Source of the DNA: Eledone cirrhosa
Lineage: Eukaryota
NCBI GenBank assembly: GCA_964016885.1
Contig: OZ024742.1
Coordinates: 112,778,001-112,842,000 of the forward strand
Direction of reading: 5' to 3'
DNA length: 64,000 bases
Shown: positions 15,046 through 27,846 of the stretch, piece by piece
Position numbering within the stretch: the stretch's first letter is position 1
Layout: every line of letters starts with the position of its first letter
Notes under the pieces: generated by a model
What the model was told of the DNA's origin: nothing
Seen by the model: only the letters and a program-made list of their open reading frames with translations
The model's database searches: none
Made by a program: the position numbers and the translations under genes

Positions 15046-17430
15046 TTGCATTTATCTTGCTTTATGTTCATACGAGTTATCACCAAGTCACAACCAGTGA
15101 CCTCAAGAGACAACAAGGTCCGCCATGTTCAAGAAAGAACATACATATTCACACATGCATCCTTAGTGTTTAGACTTGTGATGTACTTATATTGACAGGA
15201 TCTTCCTTAGTATATGGGCAGTTCCCATTAGTACTATCTTTTGTATTTCTCCTATACACCGGTTTCCTGGGATTTGCGATAAGTAGTCGTTAGACCCCTT
15301 AGGTATCATTCCCAGAGCGACTACAACCACTGGTATTGTTTTAGTTCTCAATTTCCACATTTTTCCAATTTCTATCTCCAGGTCCTTATACTTTCTCAAT
15401 TTTTCAAATGTTTTTATAGATACATTCTTGTCTATTGGAACAGATATATCAATTAGCAGGCATACCCTCCTTTGAAAGTCTTTCAATATTATATCAGGTC
15501 TATTTGCATCTATTTTTCGGTCTGTTTGGATGCTAAAGTTCCACACGATTGAGATGTGATCTTTTTCAAGTATGGGAGGTGGTTGATGCTCCCACCAATT
15601 CTTTTGATGGGGCAGGTCAAAATGCTTACACATTATCCAATGTATGTATTGTGCCGCTCTGTCATGCCTGTTTAGGTATTCGGTTGGAGCTATAGGACTG
15701 CACATTGAAATTATATGGTCAATGGTCTCTGGTTGTTTTTTGCATACACGGCATAATTGACTGCACCCATTTTTTATTATGTTGGCTTGGTAATTTTTTG
15801 TTGGCAGACACTGATCTTGTGCTAATATAATCAGTCCTTCAGTCTCCGATTTCAGTCCAGAGGATGCCAACCACTGATGGGTTAAAGTTTTGTCAACATC
15901 AGGATTGTTAGCTCGCTCTGGGTATTTTCCATACAGAGGCTTTTCTTGCCATTTCTTAGCCAGTTTTTGTAGCAGTTCTTTCTTTGCAGTTACTTTTACC
16001 TGCTTTGCTTTTTCTTTGTTTTCCATTTCAGCAGTAAATGGGACTTCTGAAATGTGTAGTCCATTACTGTATCGTTGTGCATCTTTTGTAATGGAATATG
16101 ATCTTTTGGTGCTTTCGTGTTTCAAAACGAGTTTGATCATCCAATAATGTGATTCCCTTAGATATGTGGATAATCCAATAGTTGCAGTTTTCAACGCAAT
16201 GTCTAACTGGATTAACCCACGTCTTCCTTCTTTCCTAGGGAGATATATTATATCTATGTCTGCCTTAGGGTGATGCATTCTGTGCATGGTTAAGAATTTT
16301 CGGATTTTTGTATCGAGCCTACGGATCTCTGTGCTTGACCAGTTGATGACATAGTAAATGTAGGTTACTACTGGTATGGCAAGCGTGTTTATGGCATCGA
16401 TCCTATTCCTTGCATTCAATTCCGTTCTTAAGATTGCTCTTACTCTGCGGTAACATTCCTTCCTTATCCTTTCCCTCATTGTCGAGTGCTTGATTCCATC
16501 TCCTTCACAAACACCTAGATATTTGTAAGTTTTTTCTTGATCAAGCTCTCTTATCACGTTCCCCCGATCATGATTAATGTCTGAACTCTTCAGCAGCTTT
16601 CCTCTGTGAACGTTGCTTTGGCGCATTTGTCTAGTGCAAACTCCATTTTAATGTCATCACTGAACCGCTCCACAGTGGATAATAGCCCTTGCAATTGTTC
16701 ATCATTTTTGGCAAATAGTTTCAGGTCATCCATGTAGAACAGGTGATTAATGGTTTTCTCATAGATTTTATATCCATGTTATGTTTCATTGAGCATTTTA
16801 CTTAATGATGTAAGTGCGATGCAGAATAAAAGCGGTGATAAAGAGTCAACCTGAAAAATTCCACAATTAATATTAACTTCTCCAGCTTCCAGTGATTTTG
16901 TTTCACTATTCAAAGGGAGTGTCGTTTTCCATGTCTTCATACTGAATGACAAAAATCTCCTGACAACGGGGGATATTTTGAAAATCTCTAAACATTTTTC
17001 AATACAACTGTGTGGCAAACTATTGAATGCTTTTTTACAATCTATCCAAGCAATCGATAGATTTTTGTGTCTATTATGACAATCTTCCAGTATCATTTTG
17101 TTAACCAAAAGCTGATCCTTACAGCCATATGAGCCTCGTTTACACCCTTTCTGTTCAATGGGAAATAGGTCATTTGTTATCAGGTGGTAATATGTGTATT
17201 CAGTTAGGACTGATAGTAAAATGTTATACATTGTGGTCAAGCAGGTTATCGGTCTGTAATTTTTGGGATTGTTTGTCTCATCATTCTTCGGTAGCAGGAA
17301 TGTAATGCCGTTAACTAGCCATGATGGTATCTTTTCTGGCTCCTTAACTATTTCATTGTAAAGTTTGGCTAACAGCTCATGAGACTCAGTGAAGGCATTC
17401 ATCCAAAAGTTTTGTATTTTGTCTTTTCCT
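15046..17430 (-). mobile_element. Dong/R4 family B, 5'-truncated and disabled
   Basis: ORFs 15187-16626 and 16779-17468: YRPITCL, FYMDDLK, CRVC..H..SMC, RHD, RPDI..DISVP, KLRKY; 3' end abuts (TTA)n at 15027-15045. Confidence 0.92.
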
Positions 17431-17433
17431 ATT

Positions 17434-17661
17434 TGGGAGAGGGCACTTGCCCTGGTGGTCATGGCCACTGTGGTCTTTTAATGGGCTTTCTCCACAAATG
17501 TCCCTCGGAAGTCTCCCCCCATATTGGGGAATTTTTCTTTGTTATTTTATTTCAACCTCTGTTTTTTTTACACGCAGAAATGCCCATTTGTACCGTCTTG
17601 TATTGTCCTGTACTGTCCTTATTGTCTACTTTATGTAAACCCTTGTGGTTAATAAAGAAAA

Positions 17662-17662
<1 letters not shown>
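17434..17662 (+). mobile_element. Tx1-family 3' UTR stub
   Basis: Matches 23594-23838; preceded by a single ATT and followed by (ATT)n. Confidence 0.9.
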
Positions 17663-17712
<50 letters not shown>

Positions 17713-17722
17713 AGTGCGCTTA

Positions 17723-17900
17723 CTCCACGAATGTCCCTCGGAAGTCTCCCCCGTATTAGGGAATTTTTCATTGTTATTTTTTTGTTACATCCTCTGTTTT
17801 TGTTTTTTACACGCAGAAATGCCCATTTGTACCGTCCTGTATTGTCCTGCACTGTCCTTAATGTCTAGTTTATGTAAACCCTTGTGGTTAATAAAGAAAG
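17723..17900 (+). mobile_element. Tx1-family 3' UTR stub
   Basis: Matches ~23650-23837; between (ATT)n tracts. Confidence 0.9.
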
Positions 17901-18131
17901 TATTATTATTATTATTATTATTGGCGACCTACGTAGGAAATCGTATTATCGTGAGCTCCGCAAAGGTTTGTTATTTCCGTTTGTTTAAACATTGCCATTT
18001 ATGGAAAATTTTATTGTAAACTGTTTATAAGCACACATACATTGTTTTCCGAAAAGGACACCCAAAAAGATTGGGGCCTTGTGCCCAAAATTTTAACTTT
18101 TATTATTATCCAAAAATTTCTTTGAAAAAAA

Positions 18132-19637
18132 ATGGCTAATTCCCCTCTGCACGAAGCAGCTGAAAGCCTTCCTCACAAAATAACACCTCACACCGACACC
18201 ACCATTGTAAATGTTACTACGTTTGCCAACACAAAAAAAAATATAAGCAGTAACAATATTTTAAATTTGTCTCAGGCAGACATTCATTTCCCGCCATTAC
18301 CAATGACTGCAGGTGTTAAACCCTCCACCACCACCACCACCGCGACAACCACCACCACCACCACCACCACCACCGCGACAACAGAAACAAAAGAAGAAAA
18401 AAATAAATTAACTCGTGACGTCGAAATGAAATCAAGCAAAATGGACTCTTCCCCACCAAAGACGACTGACGTCACCACCACCACAACTGAAAATAAAATT
18501 AATATCAACGATAGCAACAACAACAACAATGACATTATAAAACCGACCCTCAGTTTCGCCATCGTAGCAAAACAATTCGAAGCGTTCACGGTAACTCAAG
18601 AAGATTTAGAAAATGCCAAACAAATGGTAAAGAAAGATGGGTACAGGGTCAGCCTCCCCCCCCCACCTAATAAAATGGAGCATCGGCGCCTGTGCACCGT
18701 GTCGTATAGAACAATAAATGTAAAATCGCGCCGAGTGGAACGGGCATCCGAGTCCCAAATCCAAAAAGCTTTGGGACATGTGTGGGCAAGAAAAACCCAC
18801 ATCAGACGTGGGCAAAAGTATGGAACCGTGGATGTGTTCTTTGAAACACCAGAGGAGGCTAGAGAACACTCCATGGCCCCATTAAAAAGTGACGACCTCA
18901 CACTCGTCCCAAGCTATTGTGGCCAGAGACTCGTAAATATCAGGGTGACCCACGTTCCACCGGCCATCGAAATTCCCTGGCTAATAGCGGCTGTCCTCAC
19001 CGGCATCGAAGCCAACACGAAAATAATAGCAGTAGCAAAAGAAAAGCAGGAAAACTGGTCCGGATCTGGGATGGAGCTCCTGATCCAAGCGGACCAAAAA
19101 AGCATTGAGGAGATCCCAGAGGTAATAGACCTCACTGACGGCAGCCACCTCACGGTAATTGTCGAGGGCAGAAGACCTAGGTGTGTCGTTTGTGGTGAAG
19201 GAACCCACCTAAGGGCTTTCTGCCCTCAGGCTAGAAGGTTGAGGCCACCTCTCCTACCCACCCCAGTGACAAAACCATCAACACCACCAGTAGCAGAGAT
19301 GGCAGCAACAACTGTAGCAGCAACAACAGAAGCAACTATAACAGCAACAACCCCAGCAACAGTAGCAAAACCAACACCACTACCACCACCAGCAAAACCA
19401 ACACCACCACCACCCAACGCTTCAGAACTAGCACCAGCGCCTACACCATCCACCACACCACAACCAAAACTAACGGCTGTGGAGGATTTTCCACTCCCCG
19501 GCCTATCACAACTGGAGACAGATTGTGACGACGAGGAGTGGGAAACGATATCCGGAAAAAAAAAAGAAACCAAAAAAGAAAAAATGCTCTTCCTTCCCCC
19601 TCCAAAAACAAAATACAGAGGGAAACAAATAAACTAA
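18132..19637 (+). CDS. Tx1 ORF1 (gag-like nucleic-acid-binding protein), 501 aa
   Basis: Open frame with RRM-like segment (YGTVDVFF, VNIRVTHVP), zinc knuckle CVVCGEGTHLRAFC, Pro/Thr-rich linkers and the EEWETISGKKK motif. Confidence 0.85.
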   Translation: MANSPLHEAAESLPHKITPHTDTTIVNVTTFANTKKNISSNNILNLSQADIHFPPLPMTAGVKPSTTTTTATTTTTTTTTTATTETKEEKNKLTRDVEMKSSKMDSSPPKTTDVTTTTTENKININDSNNNNNDIIKPTLSFAIVAKQFEAFTVTQEDLENAKQMVKKDGYRVSLPPPPNKMEHRRLCTVSYRTINVKSRRVERASESQIQKALGHVWARKTHIRRGQKYGTVDVFFETPEEAREHSMAPLKSDDLTLVPSYCGQRLVNIRVTHVPPAIEIPWLIAAVLTGIEANTKIIAVAKEKQENWSGSGMELLIQADQKSIEEIPEVIDLTDGSHLTVIVEGRRPRCVVCGEGTHLRAFCPQARRLRPPLLPTPVTKPSTPPVAEMAATTVAATTEATITATTPATVAKPTPLPPPAKPTPPPPNASELAPAPTPSTTPQPKLTAVEDFPLPGLSQLETDCDDEEWETISGKKKETKKEKMLFLPPPKTKYRGKQIN

Positions 19638-20122
19638 GAAACAAAAAAGTTAGGACAGATATGCCACCATCCACACCAGCATCACCAACCCCATCAACCC
19701 AAACACCAACACCATCACCATCATCATCCCCAGCACCACCATCACCTACACCACAAAAGTCACCAAAAAGCGAAACAGAAACAAACCCACAACAAACGCA
19801 AACAAAACAAAACAACCAAAACGATACACACTACACAGCATTAAATTTGAACAACAAGCAATTATTACACTACATCAAACACAACACCAGCATCACAGAA
19901 AAAGACTACACAACAACCCCAAAATTCACACCACCTCCACACATACAAATCACTCGCATCACACAGAAAACGTACATGACACTAAAACAAAAATTCCCCA
20001 AAGACATCGGAGACTTCCGACAAGCACTCTCCAGGAGGATTTATAAGGACATCCTTCCTGGGGAGGCCACAAGCAGTGAAAAGGATGGAAAAGCCGTCCT
20101 TCCCCTACGAGAAGTAAGGTAA
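19538..20122 (+). CDS. Tx1 ORF1 C-terminal segment in the -1 frame (ORF1b; first ATG at 19660)
   Basis: Pro/Ser/Thr linker then a segment (LLHYI.HNTSITEK...LKQKFPKDIGDF) conserved in all four long copies; stops 34 nt before the ORF2 ATG. Confidence 0.6.
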   Translation: MGNDIRKKKRNQKRKNALPSPSKNKIQRETNKLRNKKVRTDMPPSTPASPTPSTQTPTPSPSSSPAPPSPTPQKSPKSETETNPQQTQTKQNNQNDTHYTALNLNNKQLLHYIKHNTSITEKDYTTTPKFTPPPHIQITRITQKTYMTLKQKFPKDIGDFRQALSRRIYKDILPGEATSSEKDGKAVLPLREVR

Positions 20123-20156
20123 GTGGTCTTTCCCATCTTTTCCACTCCTTTTCAAC

Positions 20157-23100
20157 ATGACCTCACTCAGAATAGGCAGCATAAATGCGCGTGGCTTGGG
20201 GTCGTCATGGAAGCAGGGCCACCTGCTCAACGACCTCAGGTCACTAAACATAGATGTAGTGGCCATCAGCGAGACCAGAATCTCCGAAGCACAGGCTTTC
20301 GCACCGATCTTCGGCGGCTAGGATGTGTACGCATCTCCCAGCCGTCCGGGATCGGGGGGAGGAGTTGCTGTGCTTTTTCGGAGAGGTTTGGATCTTGCCA
20401 TACGGGCCATCTTCCTGGACCCAGAAGGTAAGTTGGTGGTGCTGGACGTGACCAGCGGAGACGGGCAAGCTTTCAGGTTAGTGGCCGTCTATGCCCCGAC
20501 AGGAGCAGGGCGGCCTGATTTCTTCCGGCGTCTGGAGACCTTTCTTGGAACGTCCCGCTCTTTAGTGTTAGTGGGCGACTGGAACGGGATCTTAGATGCA
20601 CGCTGGGATTGTGTGGGATTAGTGGATAGGGAAGGAGGGTGCAAGAGTCTCACCAACCTGCTCAGACGTTTTGAACTGTCTGACAGGTACCGAATGGATT
20701 TCCCGAATGTACCAATGTGGACTTGGACAAATCGCATAGGGTCATCCAGATCATATCTAGATAGAGTATTTTGTAGGGAAATAGATAGGTCTAGCATAGG
20801 CTGTCCACAATTCAAGATAGTCAGCTACACGGACCACAAATTCGTGATCTGTGTGCTTGACTTAGATAGGCTTCATAGACGAGGACCCGGCTACTGGAAG
20901 CTAAACGCGTCCTTACCAGCGCGCAAGGCCTACAGAGACCGGATTAGCGAACTAGTTAAGCGGGCGTTGACGGGGGCCATCGTCAACAACAAGTGGTGGT
21001 TTGCTCTGAAAAGAGCAATTAGAATAGAGTCCATTAGGTTTAGTAAGACTTTAGCAATAGAGAAAAATAGAGCAGAGGGAGAATTAGTTAGAAAATTAGA
21101 TGAGGCGCTTAGCAAAGGCATCGCGACCGACGTACTTGCGGCGAAATTGGCCCTTGACCAATTCTTCAATGCAAAGCACGAAGGCTGCGTTGTCAGAGCT
21201 AGGGTGCGTGCTCTCAGACACGAGGGGACGAAAGCCGTTGAATGGGCCCGAGTGGCGGAGGCGCGTCGTGGCAGCAAAGCCACGATCCGGTCTTTGGTGG
21301 ACCACGACGGGCGCATGCTACTCGATCCCGGGCAAATGTGTGAAGCTTTTCAGCGACACTTCGCTCAACTGTTCGGGGGCAGTGGCGGGCCGGATCAAGG
21401 GATGGACTTTAGTGTCTACCTCGACGGACTGCCGCGGCTTTCGGCCACTGAGGCGGAGTGTTGCGAAAAGCCGATAACAACCGCTGAAGTACGGGATGCA
21501 ATGACTAGTTGCACAAGGGGCAAATCGCCTGGTTTGGATGGTCTGCCCTATGAACTTTACGTACAAATGCCAAACTTGTTCGGAGGCCTCTTGGCGGACG
21601 TCTACTGCAACTGGCAACAGAACGGGAGAATTCCCAGCTCTGTGAGCCGAGGAGCGGTGGCGCTGCGGAGAAAGGATCCGAACAAGGGGGATAACATAGA
21701 TAATTTTAGGCCCATAACTCTGCTAAACACAGAGTTCAAGATTTTGGCCAAGGTGCTAGCAAACAGGTTGGCGCTTGTCGTTGGTGGTCTGGTGGGAGAG
21801 GCACAGACATGCGCCATTCCCGACAGATCCATCCACGACAACCTCCACCTCATGCGATACATCGTAGAGAGGGTAGCTAGGGAACCTGGCACGGGTGGGT
21901 CTTTGATCAATTTAGATCAGTCGAAAGCCTTCGATAGGGTCGACCATCGTTACCTAACGGCAGTCGTGAGGGCGGCTGGCTTTGGGCCCGTCTTCAGAGG
22001 CTGGATCGCTGCCATGCACAGCGACGTCTGCTCTGTAGTGAGAGTGAACGGTCCTCTTTCGGAACCGTTCAACATCATGCGCTCGGTCCGCCAAGGATGT
22101 CCCCTCTCGTCCCTATTGTACGTATTGACTCTCGAGCCATTACTGCACAAACTGGAGACGTTGAGGGGGGTCCCGCGCGAACTAGGATGCGGAAGATCCG
22201 TGTCAGCATATGCCGACGATGTCACCGTAGTGGTGTCGAACGCCAAACACATCGAGGCGATCGGCACTACACTAAGAGAATACGAAGCGGTGACAGGAGC
22301 AATGATCAACCAGGAAAAGTCAGTGGGCCTGCAGCTCGGCACCTGGAGAGGCAGGTCCATGCCGTCCAACAGCGTCGTCTGGCGCTGGACGGACGGACCG
22401 GTTAAATTGCTAGGGGTCTGGTTCGGTACAGACCTCCAGACGGACAAAAACTGGGACGAGGTGACGAGCAGGGTGGCATCTCTCACCCAGAAATGGGCCG
22501 AGAGGAAGCTATCCCTGAAAGGTCGAGCGGAGGTGGCGAATGCGTACATCGCATCCGTCATCTACTACCGCCTGACCGTCGTACCTTGTCCTAAGCCCCG
22601 TTTGACTGCGCTGGAGCGTTTGCTCTTTCGCTTCTTGTGGAAGGGACGCGCTCCGATGGTCAGGCGGTCCATCTGCTGTCAACACCCGCTACGTGGAGGG
22701 CTGGGCATGCCGTGGCTGATGATGCGCAGACACGCGCTCAGGCTACGACATCTCCACCTCTTCCTCGACGGTGATCAGGTGTGGTCGCCGTTTGCAAGAC
22801 ACGTTTTTCCCCAGCTCGTCTCCTTGACGGAGCTGCAGTCCTGGGTCAAGCGAAGACCGAGAGGGAGCGCTTGGAGACTGGAATGTCTTCAGGCGCTCAC
22901 AGCCCTCGACCAATCGGGCAATGTGATCGGTGGAAACTCCACCTTGGCGTTCTATAGGGGATTAGTGGAGGGGAAGAGCGACGACGTACTTGGAGAAACT
23001 CTAGGCGTCGACGAAAATCAACTAGCCAATCTCTTCGGAAGGACTTTCGGGCCGGGGCCTATGGACAACTTCCAGAAATCCCTGGCCTGGCAGTGCTACC

Positions 23101-23576
23101 GAGGAGCTTTGCCAGTTCGGGATAAACTCTACAGGCATGGAGGTGCCGTCAGCCGGGCATGTCCGAGATGCGCGCAGGGCGACGAAACCGTCCTGCACGC
23201 ACTCGTCCAGTGTCCGAAAATTGCTGACTTGTGGGTTTATGTCGAACACCTGCTGTCGCGTTTAGGACGGATCCAGCTATCATCTGAGTCTATCGTGAGG
23301 ATTGCCCCGCCCTCCTCCTTTAGCCGGGAAGGGCAGGCAGTTTTTATCTGTCTGGTGGCCATGGCGAAAGAGATAGTATGGTGGACACGTTTGAAAGGGC
23401 TGAAGACGAGCACTTACCTCTTCGGTGATGCTCTGATTGACTTTTTCAAATTTCATTTGAAAAGGAAAATCAGAGTAGAGAAGGAAGTGCTCTCTTCCCA
23501 GCATTTTGTTGAAAGATGGGTGAGAGAAGCAAGAATGGCCCGAGTGAATGGGCCGACTCTGAGTATATATCTGTAA
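20157..23576 (+). pseudogene. Tx1 ORF2 (APE endonuclease, RT, CCHC), 1139 codons with one in-frame TAG at 20319-20321
   Basis: MTSLRIGSINARGL, ISETR, YAP, GDWN, SYLDRVF, TDH (APE); PGLDG, RPITLLN, DQSKAFDRV, RQGCPLS, YADD (RT); CPRC..ETVLHALVQC. Sister copies have TAC/TAT at the stop codon. Confidence 0.92.
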
Positions 23577-23836
23577 ACTAAAGGTGGAAAACTGGGAGAG
23601 GGCACTTGCCTTGGTGGTCAGGGTCATTGTGGCTTTTTACTGGGCTTTCTCCACAAATGTCCCTCCGAAGTCTCCCCCCTATTGGGGAATTTTTCATTGT
23701 TATTTTCATTGTTATTTTTGTTACATCCTCTGTTTTTGTTTTTTTACACGCAGAAATGCCCATTTGTACCGTCCTGCATTGTCCTGCACTGTCCTTAATG
23801 TCTACTTTATGTAAACCCTTGTGGTTAATAAAGAAA

Positions 23837-23838
<2 letters not shown>

Positions 23839-23876
<38 letters not shown>

Positions 23877-23890
23877 TATTATTATTATTA
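23839..23890. repeat. (TTA)n target microsatellite
   Basis: Between the Tx1 3' end and the Dong B 3' end. Confidence 0.97.
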
Positions 23891-26800
23891 CAGTTGGATT
23901 TATCTTGCTTTATCTTCATACGAGTTATCACCAAGTCACAACCAGTGACCTCAACAGACAACAAGGTCCGCCATGTTCAAGAAAGAACATACATACTCAC
24001 ACATGCATCTTTAGTGTTTAGACTTGTGATGTACTTATATTGACAGAATCTTCCTTAGTATATGGGCAGTTCCCATTAGTACTATCTTTTCTATTTCTCC
24101 TATACGCGGGTTTCCTGGGATTTGCGATAAGTAATCATTAGACCCCTTATGTATCATTCCCAGAGCGCCTACAACCACTGGTATTGTTTTAGTTCTCAAT
24201 TTCCACATATTTCTAATTTCTATCTCCATGTCCTTATACTTGCTCGATTTTTCAAAATGTTTTTATAGATACATTCTTGTCTATTGGAACGGACATATCA
24301 ATTATCAGGCAGACCCTCTTTTTAAAGTCCTTCGATATTATATCAGGTCTGTTTGCATCTATTTTTCGGTCTGTTTGGATGCTAACGTTCCACAAGATTG
24401 AGATGTGATCTTTTTCAAGTATGGGAGGTGGTTGATGCTCCCACCAATTCTTTTGATGGGGCAGGTCAATATGCTTACACATTATCCAATGTATGTATTG
24501 TGCAGCTCTGTCATGCCTGTTTAGGTATTCGGTTGGAGCTATAGGACTGCACATTGAAATGATATGGTCAATGGTCTCTGTTTGTTTTTTGAATAAAGAG
24601 GTATAATGGGCTGCATCCATTTTTTATTATGTTGGCTTGGTAATATTTTGTTGGCAGACACTGACCTTGTGTTGATATAATCAGTCCTTCAGTCTCCGAT
24701 TTCAGTCCAGAGGATGCCAACCACTGATGGGTTAAAGTTTTGTCAACATCAGGATTGTTAGCTCGCTCTGGGTATTTTCCATACAGAGGCTTTTCTTGCC
24801 ATTGCTTAGCCAGTTTCTGTAGCAGTTCGTTCTCTGCAGTTACTTTTACCTGCTTTGCTTTGTCTGTGTTTTCCATTTCAGCTGTAAATGGGACTTCTGA
24901 AATTTGTAGTCCATTACTGTATCTTTGTGCATATTTTGTAATGGAATATGATCTTTTGATGCATTCGTGTTTCAAAACGAGTTTGATCATCCAATCATGT
25001 GATTCCCTTAGATATGTAGATAATCCAATTGTTGCAGTTTTCAACGCAATGTCTAACTGGATTAACCCACGTCCTACTTCTTTCCTAGAGAGATATATTC
25101 TATCTATATCTGCCTTAGGGTGATGCATTCTGTGCATGGTTAAGAGTTTTCGAATTTTTGTATCGAGCCTACGGATCTCTGTGCTTGACCAGTTGATGAC
25201 ATTGTAACTGTAGGTTACTACTGGTATGGCAAGCGTGTTTATGGCATCGGTCCTATTCTTTGAATTCAATTCCGTTCTTAAGATTGCTCTTACTCTGCGG
25301 TAACATTCCTTCCTTATCCTTTCCCTCATTGTCGAGTGCTTGATTCCGTCTCCTTCACAAACACCTAGATATTTGTAAGTTTTTTCTTGATCAAGTTCTC
25401 TTATCACGTTCCCCCGATCAAGATTAATGTCTGAACTCTTCAGCAGCTTTCCTCTGTGAACGTTGCTTTGGCGCATTTGTCTAGTGCAAACTCCATTTTA
25501 ATGTCATCACTGAACCGCTCCACAGTGGATAATAGCCCTTGCAATTGTTCATCATTTTTGGCAAATAGTTTCAGGTCATCCATGTAGAACAGGTGATTAA
25601 TGGTTTTCTCATAGATTTTATATCCATGTTATGTTTCATTGAGCATTTTACTTAATGATGTAAGTGCGATGCAGAATAAAAGCGGTGATAAAGAGTCAAC
25701 CTGAAAAATTCCACAATTAATATTAACTTCTCCAGCTTCCAGTGATTTTGTTTCACTATTCAAAGGGAGTGTCGTTTTCCATGTCTTCATACTGAATGAC
25801 AAAAATCTCCTGACAACGGGGGATATTTTGAAAATCTCTAAACATTTTTCAATACAACTGTGTGGCAAACTATTGAATGCTTTTTTACAATCTATCCAAG
25901 CAATCGATAGATTTTTGTGTCTATTATGACAATCTTCCAGTATCATTTTGTTAACCAGAAGCTGATCCTTATAGCCATATGAGCCTCGTTTACACCCTTT
26001 CTGCTCAATGGGAAATAAGTCATTTGTTATCAGGTGGTCATATGTGTATTCAGTTAGTACTGATGTTAAAATTTTATACATTGTGGTCAAGCAAGTTATC
26101 AGTCTGTAATTTTTGGGATTGTTTGTCTCATCATTCTTCGGAATCAGGAATGTAATGCCGTTAACTAGCCATGATGGTATATTTTCTGGCTCCTTAACTA
26201 TTTCATTGTAAAGTTGGGCTAACAGCTCATGAGACTCTGCGAAGGCATTTATCCAAAAGTTTTGTATATTGTCTTTTCCTGAGGATTTCCATTTGCTGGT
26301 TTTTCTTAGAGCCAAGCGCAACTGTTCAACTGTTATATTTTCCCATATTTGTTCCTCAAGGTGAGCTGTATCTTTCATTTGTCTGTCTATCCATGGGGCA
26401 TGTATGCTATGAACTTTTTCTTCGGCTCAGATCTCTTCCCAGAATTCTTGCACTTCCTCCTTGGGTGGTATTGACTTAGCAGTTATTGTTGACTTACCAA
26501 TTTTTCTGTAGAAGTTTCTTTGGTTGTTTTTGAACATATTATTGTCCTTATAGAATCTTGATCGTTTTTCAAAGCGCCTTATACGAGCAGCTTTGGCCGA
26601 CACTTTTTGTTTGATTATTTCTATCAGCATGTCTATGTCACTTGTTGATTTTATTCTGTACTTTTTTTTCAATTTTCTAAGTATAGTTTGTTTAACATGT
26701 TCACCTACTTTATAGTTTGTTAACATTTCTATATCAGATCGGAGAAGGTTTATTTGGCGGTTGATGTTCTCTTGCCAAGTAGATTTCTTGTGGGAATTCC

Positions 26801-27846
26801 TTTGTTTTTTCATCTTCACTCCACATAAGTGAGTGGTGACTTTAGCCGATGCATAATAGAGATGATTTAAATCAGTAATGTTTAGTTTGTTTGTGATGAT
26901 AATGTTTTTGAGAATTATGTTAGTCTTGTGTATTATCTTTTGGTTCTGTTTGGAGTTCTGGATCTTAGGGTGGGTGTCTCGTTGCCCGATGTCAGATTCT
27001 TTCATTTTCATCCATTCGATCATAATTTCCTCCTTCAAGTTGGCAAATTCATTCTCATTCATTTCTTTATCATTTACGATCTCATTATTTTCCTTTGGAG
27101 TTTCATCTTGAGCATGCACTCCCTCCACTTTTTCGATCCTTTCTTTAATTTGTTCTGTTGCCAATGATTCCGCCCCAACCCTGGGATTCGAAGTGTTACA
27201 ATTTACCTCTTTTTCACTGACACATGTTTCATTTTCCCTTCGCTGACTTTGTGCTAATAGCTTGATCTGATCAATTTCTATATCAGTTAGTAACATTTTT
27301 CTTACAATATTTCTTCGTATATTGGCTAGTTTGTTGCTGTCAATATAGCCTCTGTTTTCGGGATGTTTCTTTTTCCAGTTGATATATGTCTGTTCTGTAT
27401 TCGATGTATTTGATGGGTAGTACATGGCAGTGTAGAAAGCCTCAAGGACATCTTTATTATCTTCCCTTGACCATTTTTCTCTCTCTTTCTTTGGATTTCT
27501 TGGTGGTGAGCATGGAGTGCCAACAGTAGGAGTATTCCGGTTATGGGAGGTCTCCAGCTCCGAAGTGATGGGAAGGTTTGAACCATTAGCTGATTTTTCG
27601 ACCCCAGTCTGGTTCCTCTCTGAGTGAAGCGGCCCTTTTTTACCCGGGTGACGGCCGATCCGGTATGATATTTTATCATTAGACATTTACTTTATTTTGT
27701 TGCGTTTTATCCTTATCCGCCAAGGGGTAATCATTTCGTGTTACCACTTTTAGAACGAGTGTCAACCAAGACTAGAGGGGTCGTTCTCCCCTAGAGACAC
27801 GGCTATTCCCCGCCGGCCGCCATCCCGGTATTTCTTGGTCACGGGG

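Larger units (their letters stand above)
17923..23838 (+). mobile_element. Full-length (5.9 kb) Tx1/L1-clade non-LTR retrotransposon in (ATT)n
   Basis: 5' GGCGACCTAC start shared with two other copies; ORF1 plus APE-RT-CCHC ORF2; 3' AATAAAGAAATC joined directly to (ATT)n. Confidence 0.93.

Noticed and set aside
27740-27842. Canonical HDV-like ribozyme in the Dong B leader
   Set aside because: A G-U-closed P1 and a GAC/GUC P3 can be drawn, but there is no GG for P1.1 and no C-R-A J4/2 before P2; reported only as a structured leader.
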